Below are positions 1 to 10,300 of a DNA stretch of 64,000 bases, piece by piece (position 1 is the stretch's first letter; the number at the start of each line of letters is the position of its first letter). The stretch is from NCBI GenBank assembly GCA_964016885.1, contig OZ024741.1:369272001-369336000 (forward strand), written 5' to 3'. The stretch comes from Eledone cirrhosa. Lineage: Eukaryota. A model generated the notes under the pieces. It worked only from the letters and a program-made list of their open reading frames with translations. It was not told where the DNA came from and made no database searches. A program made the translations under genes and the position numbers.

Positions 1-460
1 GAAATGTTTTCGGCACCACATGTTCACCGTCTCTCAGTGTGTCTTTTATGCATGTATAAATGTATATATTATCTATACGGTGAAATCTTTGAAATAAATA
101 TATGTTAAAACGAAAAAGGAGAAAAAGAGATTAGTGACGGAAATATAAACGTTATGATACATAAACGTTATGATATAACGATGGAAATATATCTTCAAAT
201 GGTCCTTGGCATGGTGTCAAGTCAGAACCGCCTCGAACTGGTTACTTCTGGCTTGTGCAAGGTGTCTCTATAGCAACCAGCGATTCCCTCGGCCTCAGTG
301 ACCAAAGTCAGTGGAGAGGGGAAGGTAATGTTTCTATAGCGACAGTGTTTCTCTTGGTAGTACCAAAGTGGAGAAAGGAAGGGGAAGGTAATATTTCTGT
401 ACCACCTACATTTGAGTTTTAGGGAAGGACAGACAGACAGACAAACAGAGAAATGCCCAT

Positions 461-463
461 ATA

Positions 464-504
<41 letters not shown>

Positions 505-701
505 CACACAGAGAAATGTATATATATTTCTGTGTGTATATATATATATATTACACACACAGAAATGTATATATATTTCTGTGTGTATATATATATATTA
601 CACACACAGAAATGTATATATATTTCTGTGTGTATATATATATATATTTCTATGTGTGTATATATATATATATATTACACACACAGAAATGTATATATAT
701 T

Positions 702-736
<35 letters not shown>

Positions 737-895
737 TACACACAGAGAAATGTATATATATTTCTGTGCGTATATATATATATATATTACACACACAGAA
801 ATGTATATATATTTCTGTGTGTATATATATATATATTTCTGTGTGTGTATATATATATATATTACATACACACAGAAATGTATATATGTTTCTGT
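461..895. repeat. Compound minisatellite: palindromic unit ACACACAGAAATGTATATATATTTCTGTGTGT separated by variable (TA)n
   Basis: About 7 copies of TTACACACACAGAAATGTATATATATTTCTGTGTG(TA)n; ACACAGAAAT and ATTTCTGTGT are reverse complements. Explains the Y/I/C-rich spurious ORFs. Confidence 0.95.
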
Positions 896-1076
896 AGCAC
901 TCCTCAATTCCCCCCTCTCCCCTCCCGCTATCCCCCTCTTGTAGTCTGTCTCTTTCTTTCACTCTCTCTACGCGTCGCGTGCGCAAAAAACATTCGCACG
1001 CGCGCACGTGTTTCCACTGTCGGACAGACAGAAATTGCTGGTTATATATTATAAGGAGATATATACTATAGGAAAA

Positions 1077-1273
1077 TGTTGTGTGCATGTATGTATGTGT
1101 GTATGTTTGTTTGAATGTAAGTGCGTATGTATGTATGTTTGTATGTATATGTGTATATATGTATATGTACATAAGTGTATGTATGTATCTGCGTATGTAC
1201 TTACGTATGTATGCATGTGTGTCTGTGTGTATATATATATGTATGTATATGTGTGTGTGTACGTATGTATATC
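1077..1273. repeat. Degenerate (TATG)n/(TG)n/(TA)n microsatellite, left part
   Basis: Runs of gtatgtatgt/gtgtgt seen directly; the same pattern resumes at 2099 after an insertion. Confidence 0.9.
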
Positions 1274-2098
1274 TGTAGCGAAATCTGTCCGCACCTTGAA
1301 CTTTGGGCGATACCTAAAGGTTAAATTCTCGGTCAACACCTTTTTTGGTGTAGACAGGTTGATGCGTTGGCTATCCTCTCAAGGTGGGGAGACAGGAAGC
1401 GATAGCTATATAAAGCCTATATTTTCCCACTTTACAGACAGAGGACATCGGAGCGCTAGGATACACAACAAACTATGTAAAGATTAACCGCTAACTTCAG
1501 ACCCCAGAGGTCTACAGAAAAGACAGATATCGGAGCGCTAGGATACACAACTAACTATGTAAAGATTCACCGCTACCTTCAGGCTTTTGAGGTCTACAGA
1601 AACACAGAGACATCGGAGCACCACGACATACAACAAACTATGTAAGGATTCACCACTATTAACAGACCCCATGAGGCCTACAGATACACAGAGAGATTTG
1701 AGCCCTACTCTACAGACCATGTACAAGCCACAGTGGTCTACAACTAATTACATACCATTCAGAGATATACAAACTATATATCTCTCTCTCTCTCTCTTAT
1801 TAACTACGCTCTCACAACTACTACCACGGACTCCAAATTCCAACAACAACAATTACCTGTCGCTTGCTGTTTTCACACCAACAACAGCTTCACATCAGAA
1901 ACAATAACAACGTTAACAACTCTTGGTAACTGTTTTATATGTACTTTTTAATTGATTCACGTGAAGTAAACTATATATAACAAAATCATTTATTCTTTAT
2001 AATCTCGTTATTACACCTATTCCTATTTTTCTTATTGTTATTTCAACTAATAATCACATATAACCATCTAACTTCTTTCATTCATACCCTTCGTTAAA
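1274..2098 (+). mobile_element. Probable solo LTR (~825 bp) inserted in the microsatellite
   Basis: Starts TGTAGCGAA and ends TTCGTTAAA (7/9 match to the expected inverted TTCGCTACA). TATC lies on both sides (1270-1273, 2099-2102) as a 4-bp TSD. TATA-like CTATATAAAG at ~1407. Non-coding and splits one microsatellite in two. Confidence 0.65.
1434..1720. repeat. ~82-83 bp tandem repeat, ~3.5 diverged copies, inside the putative solo LTR
   Basis: ATCGGAGC...GATACACAAC.AACTATGTAA.GATT.ACC recurs at 1447, 1529 and 1612. Confidence 0.85.
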
Positions 2099-2220
2099 TA
2101 TCTATATATGTATGTGTGTAAATGTAAATGTATGTATATGTACATATGTTTATGCGTGTGCATGTATGTATGCACTCATGTATGTGTGTATATATATATG
2201 TATTTATATGTATATAATGT
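2099..2220. repeat. Degenerate (TATG)n/(TA)n microsatellite, right part
   Basis: Seen directly; same composition as 1077-1273. Confidence 0.85.
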
Positions 2221-2223
2221 ACC

Positions 2224-2514
2224 TGTAGTGTTTTGGAACAGTTTAAAATCCACTCAGCGAGACAACAACCGTTTAGCAACTTCACAAGGAAGAAGACCTT
2301 TATTACAACAAAATACACCAATTTATACAGGTGTTAAAATGCACGTGATGATTGGTTGAGTTCAAAAACAGACAAAAGGGGAGTCAGGTAATGCTTAACG
2401 TTAAGACAAGGGAATGTATGAAAAATGATTAGTCATGCACACGTGATACAAACAGGTGTAGAGGGAAAGTAGAATAATGTATAAAATGTTGAATCAGAAC
2501 GAAGAACAATCACA
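2224..2514 (-). repeat. 3' LTR of the Gypsy element (291 bp)
   Basis: TGTAGTGTTTTGG...GAACAATCACA; about 96% identical to 6413-6713. On the minus strand TATAAA at 2322-2327 and AATAAA at 2299-2304. Confidence 0.95.
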
Positions 2515-2531
2515 TCTTCCGCTCACTTTTT
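2515..2531 (-). promoter_or_regulatory. Polypurine tract of the Gypsy element
   Basis: Minus strand AAAAAGTGAGCGGAAGA immediately precedes TGTGA of the 3' LTR. Confidence 0.8.
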
Positions 2532-2544
2532 AGGCTTGTCAGCA

Positions 2545-3570
2545 GTGAATAAATTTCGAGCGTTGCATTTGCGTCCATCTTCAAGTTCAAATGTTGCTTG
2601 ACCAACTTTTTTTACGATCTGAGTGGCTTTGAAAAACGCTGCTCCCCTTTCTTTGATGAGAGAAATTTTGTTCGAACATAGTCGGCAACCTTCCTTGTTG
2701 CTATTGCGACGCGGTAATTATCTTGATATTGACGAATTTTCATTTCATAATCACGCGATACTGCAGCTGTCGGAACTGTTGAATTGAGCTTTGTTCTCAC
2801 CGGCCTGCCAAGAAACAGCTCTGCTGGTGTCCTCCCGTTGCTCCGTGCACGGTCTGACGCAAAGTCGTAGAAGCACTGAGAACGGCATCAGCCCACGGCT
2901 TACCATCTATCTGTGCAGTTTTGATTTTGTCTTTGATGGAGCGATTGAATCTTTCTACCAGCCCATTCGCCTGTGGATTGTAAGGCACGGTTCATGAATG
3001 CCTGATAGAATGCTCTTGCAGAAACTGTTTAAACAGATGGCTCCGAAATTGTGGTCCGTTGTCAGTGACCAAATCCTCTGGGCAACCGTAACGAGAAAAC
3101 AACCCTCGTAGGCAGGAAATAATAGTCGAAGTTAGAGGCTCTTTGCAAAGGAGAGTTTCATGGAAACGGCTGTAATAACAGATGACGATCACAATATACC
3201 GCTGATTTAAAGGTGCTGTAGAAAATGACCCCATAACGTCCATTGACAGCTTTGCCCACGGCCGAAGTGGATATTCAACAGGTTTAACGGGAGCTGGGTA
3301 GGCTTGGCTGATTTATCGGCAGAGCAACATGTCGAGAAAGAGCGTACGTGTCTTTTAGCTTTCGATGCCATGCTGGGCCTCCAGTATTGCGATCTCAGTT
3401 GCTGCTTAGTTCGACCTATTACCGGATGACCCTCGTGAGCTAGCGATAAGACTCGTGATCGAAGAAAAGTGGGAATAACGAGCAGGGAAGCACACCACAA
3501 GCAACCTTGGATGCAGGAAAGTTCTTCTCGTAAGTTGTAGAACGACCGTGCATTCTGGCCATCCCACAAC
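2545..3570 (-). pseudogene. pol: Retrotransposon integrase, frameshifted
   Basis: Fragments LAHEGHP...LRSQYWRPSM (zinc-binding region), DVMGSF...YYSRF, PEDLVTDNGPQFRS and PYNPQANGLVERFNRSIK, spread over four ORFs. Confidence 0.92.
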
Positions 3571-4377
3571 TTACGAGAAGAATGCACGGTCGAGGTGTTT
3601 TCGAGCAGACCAACCATCTTTCAAATATGATAAGACCGTCTTAAGGACCGGATCATTTGTGGTTGCAGTTGAAATCTCTTGAAGAGTCATTGTCCATTCT
3701 TGAGAGTTTTCGATGGCAGCTATGATTTCATCTTCGTCATTTGAACCATCTGTCGAACCAAGCTCTGGGAGCCGAGAAAGTGCGTCAGCTACTTCATTGC
3801 TTGACCCTCGGATGTACTCTATAATGAAATTGTAGTTGAGCAGCCGGGCATACCAACGTGCAATTCTCATTGGATGATGACCCTTGCCAACCTTGAGCAG
3901 CAGAGCTGTTAGCGCAGAATGGTCAGTACGCAAAGTGAATTTTCGACCGAACAAGTAAAGATGCCACTTTTCACAGGCCCAAACGCATGTTAGAGCTTCT
4001 TTTTCGCCTACGGAGTAGCCGTTTTCAGCCGTTGAAAGAACCCTCGAAGCATATGCAATTACTCTTTCGACCTTGTTCTGGACTTGCGCAAGAACTGCCC
4101 CTAAGCCAACGCCGGAAGCATCTGTGTAGACAATGGTGTCACAATTTATATCAAATATAGAAAGAACTGGTGCTGAGACTAACATATTCTTAACTGCTTG
4201 AAAACTTTCGTCTTTCTCACTTGTCCATTCAAAGGTCGTATCTTTCTTTGTGAGGCGACGCATTGGTTCTGCGATGGAAGCAAAATTGGGCAAAAATCGA
4301 AGGTAGTAAGAATAAAGACCCAAAAATTGACGAACTTGTTGTGCCTTTTGTGAAATCGGTGCATTCCGAATAGACAT
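3571..4377 (-). pseudogene. pol: RT connection and RNase H domain of Pol
   Basis: VRQFLGL.SYY.RFLPNFA, YTDASGVGLGAVLAQ, IAYASRVLS, EKEAL, FTLRTDHSAL, NEVADALSR. Confidence 0.95.
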
Positions 4378-5142
4378 TGTGTTCTCTTTGCTTGGTTTAA
4401 CTCCATTGGCTGAGATGATGCGGCCTAGGAACGGTATTTCGGATGAGTTTAGTACACATTTATCTAAATTTATTCGAAGATTTAATGATTCAAGTCAAGT
4501 AAGAACCTTAAGTGTTGAGTTGTGAGTTAATTTATTGCTTCCAAAAACACAAATGTCATCCATGTAAACTATGGTGCCGTTGATATTTTGAAGCGCATGA
4601 GAAATGAATTTCTGCCACGCTGCCGGTGCTGAGCTCAAACCCATGGGAAGAACTTTGTATTGGAAGAGGCCCACTGGTGTAAGAAATGCCGTAAGACGCT
4701 TTGATTCATCGGTCAGCTCGAGGTGGAAATATGCTTTAGTTATATCGAGGACTGAGAAACACTTTGCCTCTGCCAGCTTAACTAAGTTTATCAAATGACG
4801 GTATCACAAATTTATTGACGATTATTTGCTTGTTTAGTTGCCGCAGATCACAACATATGCGCATTCGATCATCTTTCGACCGTCTTTTTCCATCACTGCT
4901 ACCATTGGATGCACCCATTCGCTGTGATCTATTTCTTCAATTAGATCAGCCTCTACCATTTCGGACAATGCCTGTTTAACAGCATCCACCTTAGCCAATG
5001 CAATTGGACGTGGTTGAGATATTGCAACTGGCTTCGCATCAGGTTTAAACTGAATAAGGTGTTGAGCGTTTGGTATACGGCCAATACCTGGACTGAACAG
5101 CTGTGGAAATTGTTTTGAAATTGTCGACAGTCTATTGAGCAA
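4378..5142 (-). pseudogene. pol: Reverse transcriptase core, interrupted
   Basis: SEWVHPMVAV, FSVLDITKAYFHLEL, TAFLTPVGLFQYKVLPMGLSSAP, VYMDDICVFG; stops and frameshifts between the pieces. Confidence 0.95.
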
Positions 5143-5603
5143 ATTGTGTTATCGAGCCATGAAGTTAAATGAAGATGAATTATTGCATTTCTACCCAGCA
5201 GTGGTTTGACATTTTCTGGACCGATGTAGACATGAATATTTGAGGGAGAAGCACCTTCAACATCTAGTCCGCAAACGATGAACCCCTTGATCTGTACGCG
5301 TTGACCGGAATAATTTGAAAACTTGTGCTTAGTTGAAACAATTGATAAAGAATTGAAGTGGGTGCGATAAAAACCAAACGGAATAATCGTTACCGCAGAT
5401 GCTGTACCAACCTCCATTTTGATATTCGCTTGAGCGTCTTTACATGTAATTTTAACTTGTCGGAAATCAGGAGGAGGAAATTTTGGCTCCCTGATGACAT
5501 GTTTTCCATTTTTGTTTGCATCATGGTGATTCTCAATGGAAAATATTTGAACTTCTGCTAAGCCTTCTTCGATGTCGTGCTCTTCGTCACCAGTTGTATC
5601 CAT
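5143..5603 (-). pseudogene. Retropepsin-type aspartic protease, catalytic motif decayed
   Basis: KMEVGTASAVTII at the D[TS]G position (Asp absent) and a downstream PLLGRN motif; in frame with the gag knuckles. Confidence 0.8.
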
Positions 5604-6385
5604 GGCTTTAATTGATTGTGATAGACAAAAGCGACTGAAGTGGCCTATTTTGCCACACTTATGACATTCTAAGCCGAGTGCTGGACATTTGTTGTTATTT
5701 GCTTTAAGATTTGGGCTACCACACCGAAGACATTTGTCTTTATTGGTTTTTAAAACCTGCGAACGATTGGCTGGTTCGCGTGATACTCTATTGACTGCAA
5801 GGGAACTAACTGCGCCCGGCTTCTTCAGTGATTTGACTTGCTGTTTGACTATTTCTTTACAGCGAACGATGTTGCATGCTTTTTCCTCCAGGTCAGTTTT
5901 TTAGAGTCTTCTGAAAGAAGGGTCTCCTGAACGCGATCATCACCCAAGCCTGGTATCAATTGCTGAATAAGCATAGCGTCTTTGACTGTCGACCTAGTAA
6001 GCAGCTCATATTCGTAACTTTTTACATTATTATTCAACCGCGCAATAAAGACATCAACAGACTCACCGTCTTTTTGATACGTGAGAGTGGACCTCTGCCG
6101 GGCGTAGAAAACATTCTTTCTCGGTCTCCAGAGTTGGTCCAACAGTTTGATGGCTGCATTATAAATCTTGAAGTCGTGTGAGTCGTACTGTTGTTTCCCA
6201 GGCTCACCGAGATAGGTGCGAAGTAAATTTAGTTTAGCTTCATAATCCCATTGAATTTGGGGTTTGTAAGTGCGTGATAATGAGAAATGTGTTTCGAGGT
6301 CCTTCTTCCAGCATTGTCAATCCTCCGCTGATGGACGTGTAGAGTCATCGTTCCAGAAGAAAGTTAATGGAAACGGCAGGTTCAT
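5604..6385 (-). pseudogene. gag: gag, interrupted, with two zinc knuckles
   Basis: ATG at 6385 just after the PBS (MNLPFPLTFFW...), early TGA, then QKDGESVDVFIARL and CLRCGSPNLKANNNKCPALGLECHKCGKIGHFSRFC at ~5625-5735. Confidence 0.88.
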
Positions 6386-6396
6386 TTCGTTTGAAA

Positions 6397-6409
6397 AATC
6401 ACGACGCCA
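6397..6409 (-). promoter_or_regulatory. Primer-binding site of the Gypsy element
   Basis: Minus strand TGGCGTCGTGATT, 3 nt after the 5' LTR end; cognate tRNA not assigned. Confidence 0.75.
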
Positions 6410-6412
6410 AAA

Positions 6413-6713
6413 TGTATTGTTTTGGAACCGTTTAAAATCCACTCAGCGAGATAACGGTTTAGCAACTTCACAAGAAAGAAGACCTGTATTACAACAAAAC
6501 ACACCAATTTATACAGGTGTTAAAATGGGTATGACTCATGCACGTGATGATTGGTTGAGTACAAAAACAGACAAAAGGGGAGTCAGGTAATGCTTAACGT
6601 TAAGACAAGGGAATGTATGAAAAATGATTAGTCATGCACACGTGATACAAACAGGTGTAGAGGAAAAGTAGAATAATGTATAAAATGTTGAATCAGAACA
6701 AAGAACAGTCACA
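6413..6713 (-). repeat. 5' LTR of the Gypsy element (301 bp)
   Basis: TGTATTGTTTTGG...GAACAGTCACA; direct repeat of 2224-2514 with about 11 substitutions and 13-bp and 3-bp indels. Confidence 0.95.
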
Positions 6714-6857
6714 ACAGTGAGTAAGGAGAAAAAGAATTAAGAAAATGAGATAGTTTTGAATATTACTGAATCTATTGGGTGTGAAAAGTTTAAATGCCAC
6801 TGGAAATGTACTAAATAGGATGTAGTAAAACCTAGGTATTAGGGATCGAATCTTGTT

Positions 6858-7350
6858 CTAGTCCAGTTTGTACTCAGCGAAGGTTTTTAGAACCTTGTGT
6901 TTACAATTAAATATCCTATCGTGCCAGGAATTTAGGTACTTTCAAGTCGCTATTTCGATTACCTCTAGCAAACATAGTTTACAGGGACGTCTTTCATTAC
7001 AGTATGGATGGGCAAATTTTAGCATGGACCATTATAGTGTATATTCAATATTAGTGCGTTTCAGATCCCAGACTTTCTTTGCCAGGGCTAAACTGGGGTT
7101 TTTAAGTGTGTGAGTGTGCACATACCATCTTTTCTTAAAAATATTCGAAGTGAAACCCACATATTTATATGTCCCCAGTTTAGATTTTACCACACATTGA
7201 TAAATGATATTTTTGTACTAACATTTACCCGATAATGGACAATTGCGGGAATTTTTGCAGTTGCAGTTTGTCCGTGTATAGTGTGTGGTTTCCTCCCTGG
7301 TTCCAGTGTTGGAGGTGTTATTCCGGGTATTTTTGTTGATGCTCCAGATA
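6858..7350 (-). pseudogene. Penelope-like retroelement remnant: Cys linker plus GIY-YIG endonuclease
   Basis: One minus-strand frame with 3 internal stops: CNCKNSRNCPLSGKC*YKNIIYQC...YKYVGFTSNIFKKRWYVH...LAKKVWDLK...W...PY...CKLCLLE...LN...CKH, the typical C-terminus of Penelope-like elements. Confidence 0.85.
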
Positions 7351-10300
7351 TGTAACATAATAGGACTGGGGTCTCTATCACCCCAGTAAACTCCTATGAG
7401 ACACAACCTTGTAGGAGACCAGCTAAACCTACATAGGTGTGAGATGTAACAACATGATAGGACTCGGAACCTTGTTTGATTACAAATACTGTGTGGAAAA
7501 ATTGCTCTTTGCCCACTTATTCCTGAGAGGGTCGTGGGGGTGAGTCCTCAAACAATCCTTCCAACAGGTCTTGTCAGAAGCAGGTCTCCCACTGATTCAG
7601 CATATCTCCAAGCGAGACCATCCATGTTCATGGATGTTATCCAACCATCTTGCTCGGAGTCTAACTCTGGGCCTCCTGCCAGTTGGTTTTGCATGTAAAA
7701 TCTGTCCAGTGATTCTTTCCTGAGACATTCTAACCACATGTCTGTAGTATCAGAGCTGTGATCTCTCAATTCAGAGATTCTTTCGTGAGCCATTCTAACC
7801 ACATGGCTATAGTATCAGAGCTGTGATCTCCCAATTCAGAGATTCTTTCGTGAGCCATTGTAACCACATGTCTATAGTATCAGAGCTGTGATCTCTCAAT
7901 TCAGAGATTCTTTCAGGATCCATTCTAACCACATGGCTATAGTATCAGAGCTGTGATCTCTTAATTCAGAGATTCTTTACTTAGACATTCTAACCCCATG
8001 TCCATTGTATCAGAGCTGTGATTTCTCAATCCAGTGATTCTTTCCAGAGGCATTCTAACCACATGTCATAACATCAGAGCTGTGATCTCTCAATTCTTCA
8101 GAGATTCTTTCCTGAGACATTCTACTTACATGTCCATAGTATTGGAGCTGTGATCACTCAATTCAGTGATTCTTTCCTGAGACATTCTAACCACATGTCT
8201 GTAGTTTCAGAGCTGTGCTCTCACAATTCAGAGATTCTTTCCTGAGACATTCTAATTACATGTCCATAGTATCAGAGCTGTGATTTCTCAATTCAGAGAT
8301 TCTTTCCTGAGACATTTGAACTACATGTCCATGGAGCTGTGATCTCTCAATTCAGAGATTCTTTCCTGAGCCATTCTAACCACATATCCATAGTATCAGA
8401 GCTGAGATCTCTCAATTCAGTGATTCTTTCCTGAGATATTGTAACCACGTAATAATATCAGAGCTGTGATCTCTCAATTCAGAGATTCTTTCATGAGACA
8501 TTCTAACCACATGTCTGTAGTTTCAGAGCTGTGATCTCACAATTCAGAGATTCTTTCCTGAGACATTCTAACTCCATGTCCATAGTATCAGAGCTGTGAT
8601 TTCTCAATTCAGAGATTATTGCCTGAGACATTCTAACCACATATCCATAGTATCAGAGCTGTGATCTCTCAATTCAGAGATTCTTTCCTGAGACGTTCTA
8701 ACGACATGTCTGTAGTTTCAGAGCTGTGATCTCTCAATTCAGAGATTCTTTCCTGCGACATTGGAACCACATGTCATAATATCAGAGCTGTGATCTCTCA
8801 ATTCAGAGATTCTTTGCTGAGACATTCTAACCACATGTCTGTAGTATCAGAGCTGTGATCTCTCAATTCAAAGATTCTTTCCTGAGCCATTCTAACCACA
8901 TATCCATAGTATCAGAGCTGTGATCTCTCAATTCAGAGATTCTTTCCTGAGACATTCTAACCCAATATCCATAGTATCAGAGCTGTGTTCTCTCAATCCA
9001 GTGATTCTTTACCGAGCCATTCTAACCATATATCCATAGTATCAGAGCTGTGATCTCTCAATTCAGAGATTCTTTCCTGAGAAATTCTAATTACATATCC
9101 ATAGTATCAGAACTGTGATTTCTCAATTCAGAGATTCTTTCCTGAGACATTCTAACCACATGTCTGTAGTTTCAGAGCTGTGATCTCACAATTCAGAGAT
9201 TCTTTCCTGAGACATTCTAATTACATATCCATAGTATCAGAACTGTGATTTCTCAATTCAGAGATTCTTTCCTGAGACATTTGAACTACATGACCATGGA
9301 GCTGTGATCTCTCAATTCAGAGATTCTTTCCTGAGACATTCTAACCACATATCCATAGTATCAGAGCTGTGATCTCTCAATTCAATGATTCTTTCCTGAG
9401 ACATTGTAACCACACGTCATAATATCAGAGCTGTGATCTCTCAATTCAGAGATTCTTTCCTGAGACATTCTAACCACATGTCTGTAGTTTCAGAGCTGTG
9501 ATCTCACAATTCAGAGATTCTTTCCTGAGACATTTGAACTACATGTCCATAGTATCAGAGCTGTGATCTCTCAATTCAGAGATTCTTTCCTGAGACATTC
9601 TAACTCCATGTCCATAGTATCAGAGCTGTGATTTCTCAATTCAGAGATTATTGCCTTAGACATTCTAACCACATATCCATAGTATCAGAGCTGAGATCTC
9701 TCAATTCAGTGATTCTTTCCTGAGATATTGTAACCACATGTCATAATATCAGAGCTGTGATCTCTCAATTCAGAGATTCTTTCATGAGACATTCTAACCA
9801 CATGTCTGTAGTTTCAGAGCTGTGATCTCACAATTCAGAGATTCTTTCCTGAGACATTCTAACTCCATGTCCATAGTATCAGAGCTGTGATTTCTCAATT
9901 CAGAGATTATTGTCTGAGACATTCTAACCACATATCCATAGTATCAGAGCTGTGATCTCTCAATTCAGAGATTCTTTCCTGAGCCATTCTAACCACATAT
10001 CCATAGTATCAGAGCTGTGATCTCTCAATTCAATGATTCTTTCCTGAGACATTGTAACCACACGTCATAATATCCGAGCTGTGATCTCTCAATTCAGAGA
10101 TTCTTTCCTGAGACATTCTAACCACATGTCTGTAGTTTCAGAGCTGTGATCTCAAAATTCAGAGATTCTTTCCTGAGACATTTGAACTACATGTCCATAG
10201 TATCAGAGCTGTGATCTCTCAATTCAGAGATTCTTTCCTGAGACATTCTAACTCCATGTCCATAGTATCAGAGCTGTGATTTCTCAATTCAGAGATTATT

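Larger units (their letters stand above)
2224..6713 (-). mobile_element. Full-length decayed Gypsy/Ty3 LTR retrotransposon (probably Mag-like), ~4.5 kb
   Basis: Two ~300-bp TG...CA direct repeats, PBS and PPT, domain order gag-PR-RT-RNaseH-IN. Short LTRs and two CCHC knuckles fit the Mag clade (inference). Multiple stops and frameshifts. Confidence 0.96.

Noticed and set aside
146-180. 16-bp tandem duplication ATAAACGTTATGATA
   Set aside because: Two copies only; ordinary slippage with no further structure.
222-1487. Overlapping Y/I/C/V-rich ORFs of 65-195 aa
   Set aside because: Translations of TA/TG simple repeats that are open in several frames on both strands.
3571-4377. Intact or domesticated 268-aa gene
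   Set aside because: It is an internal fragment of a frameshifted pol between two LTRs.
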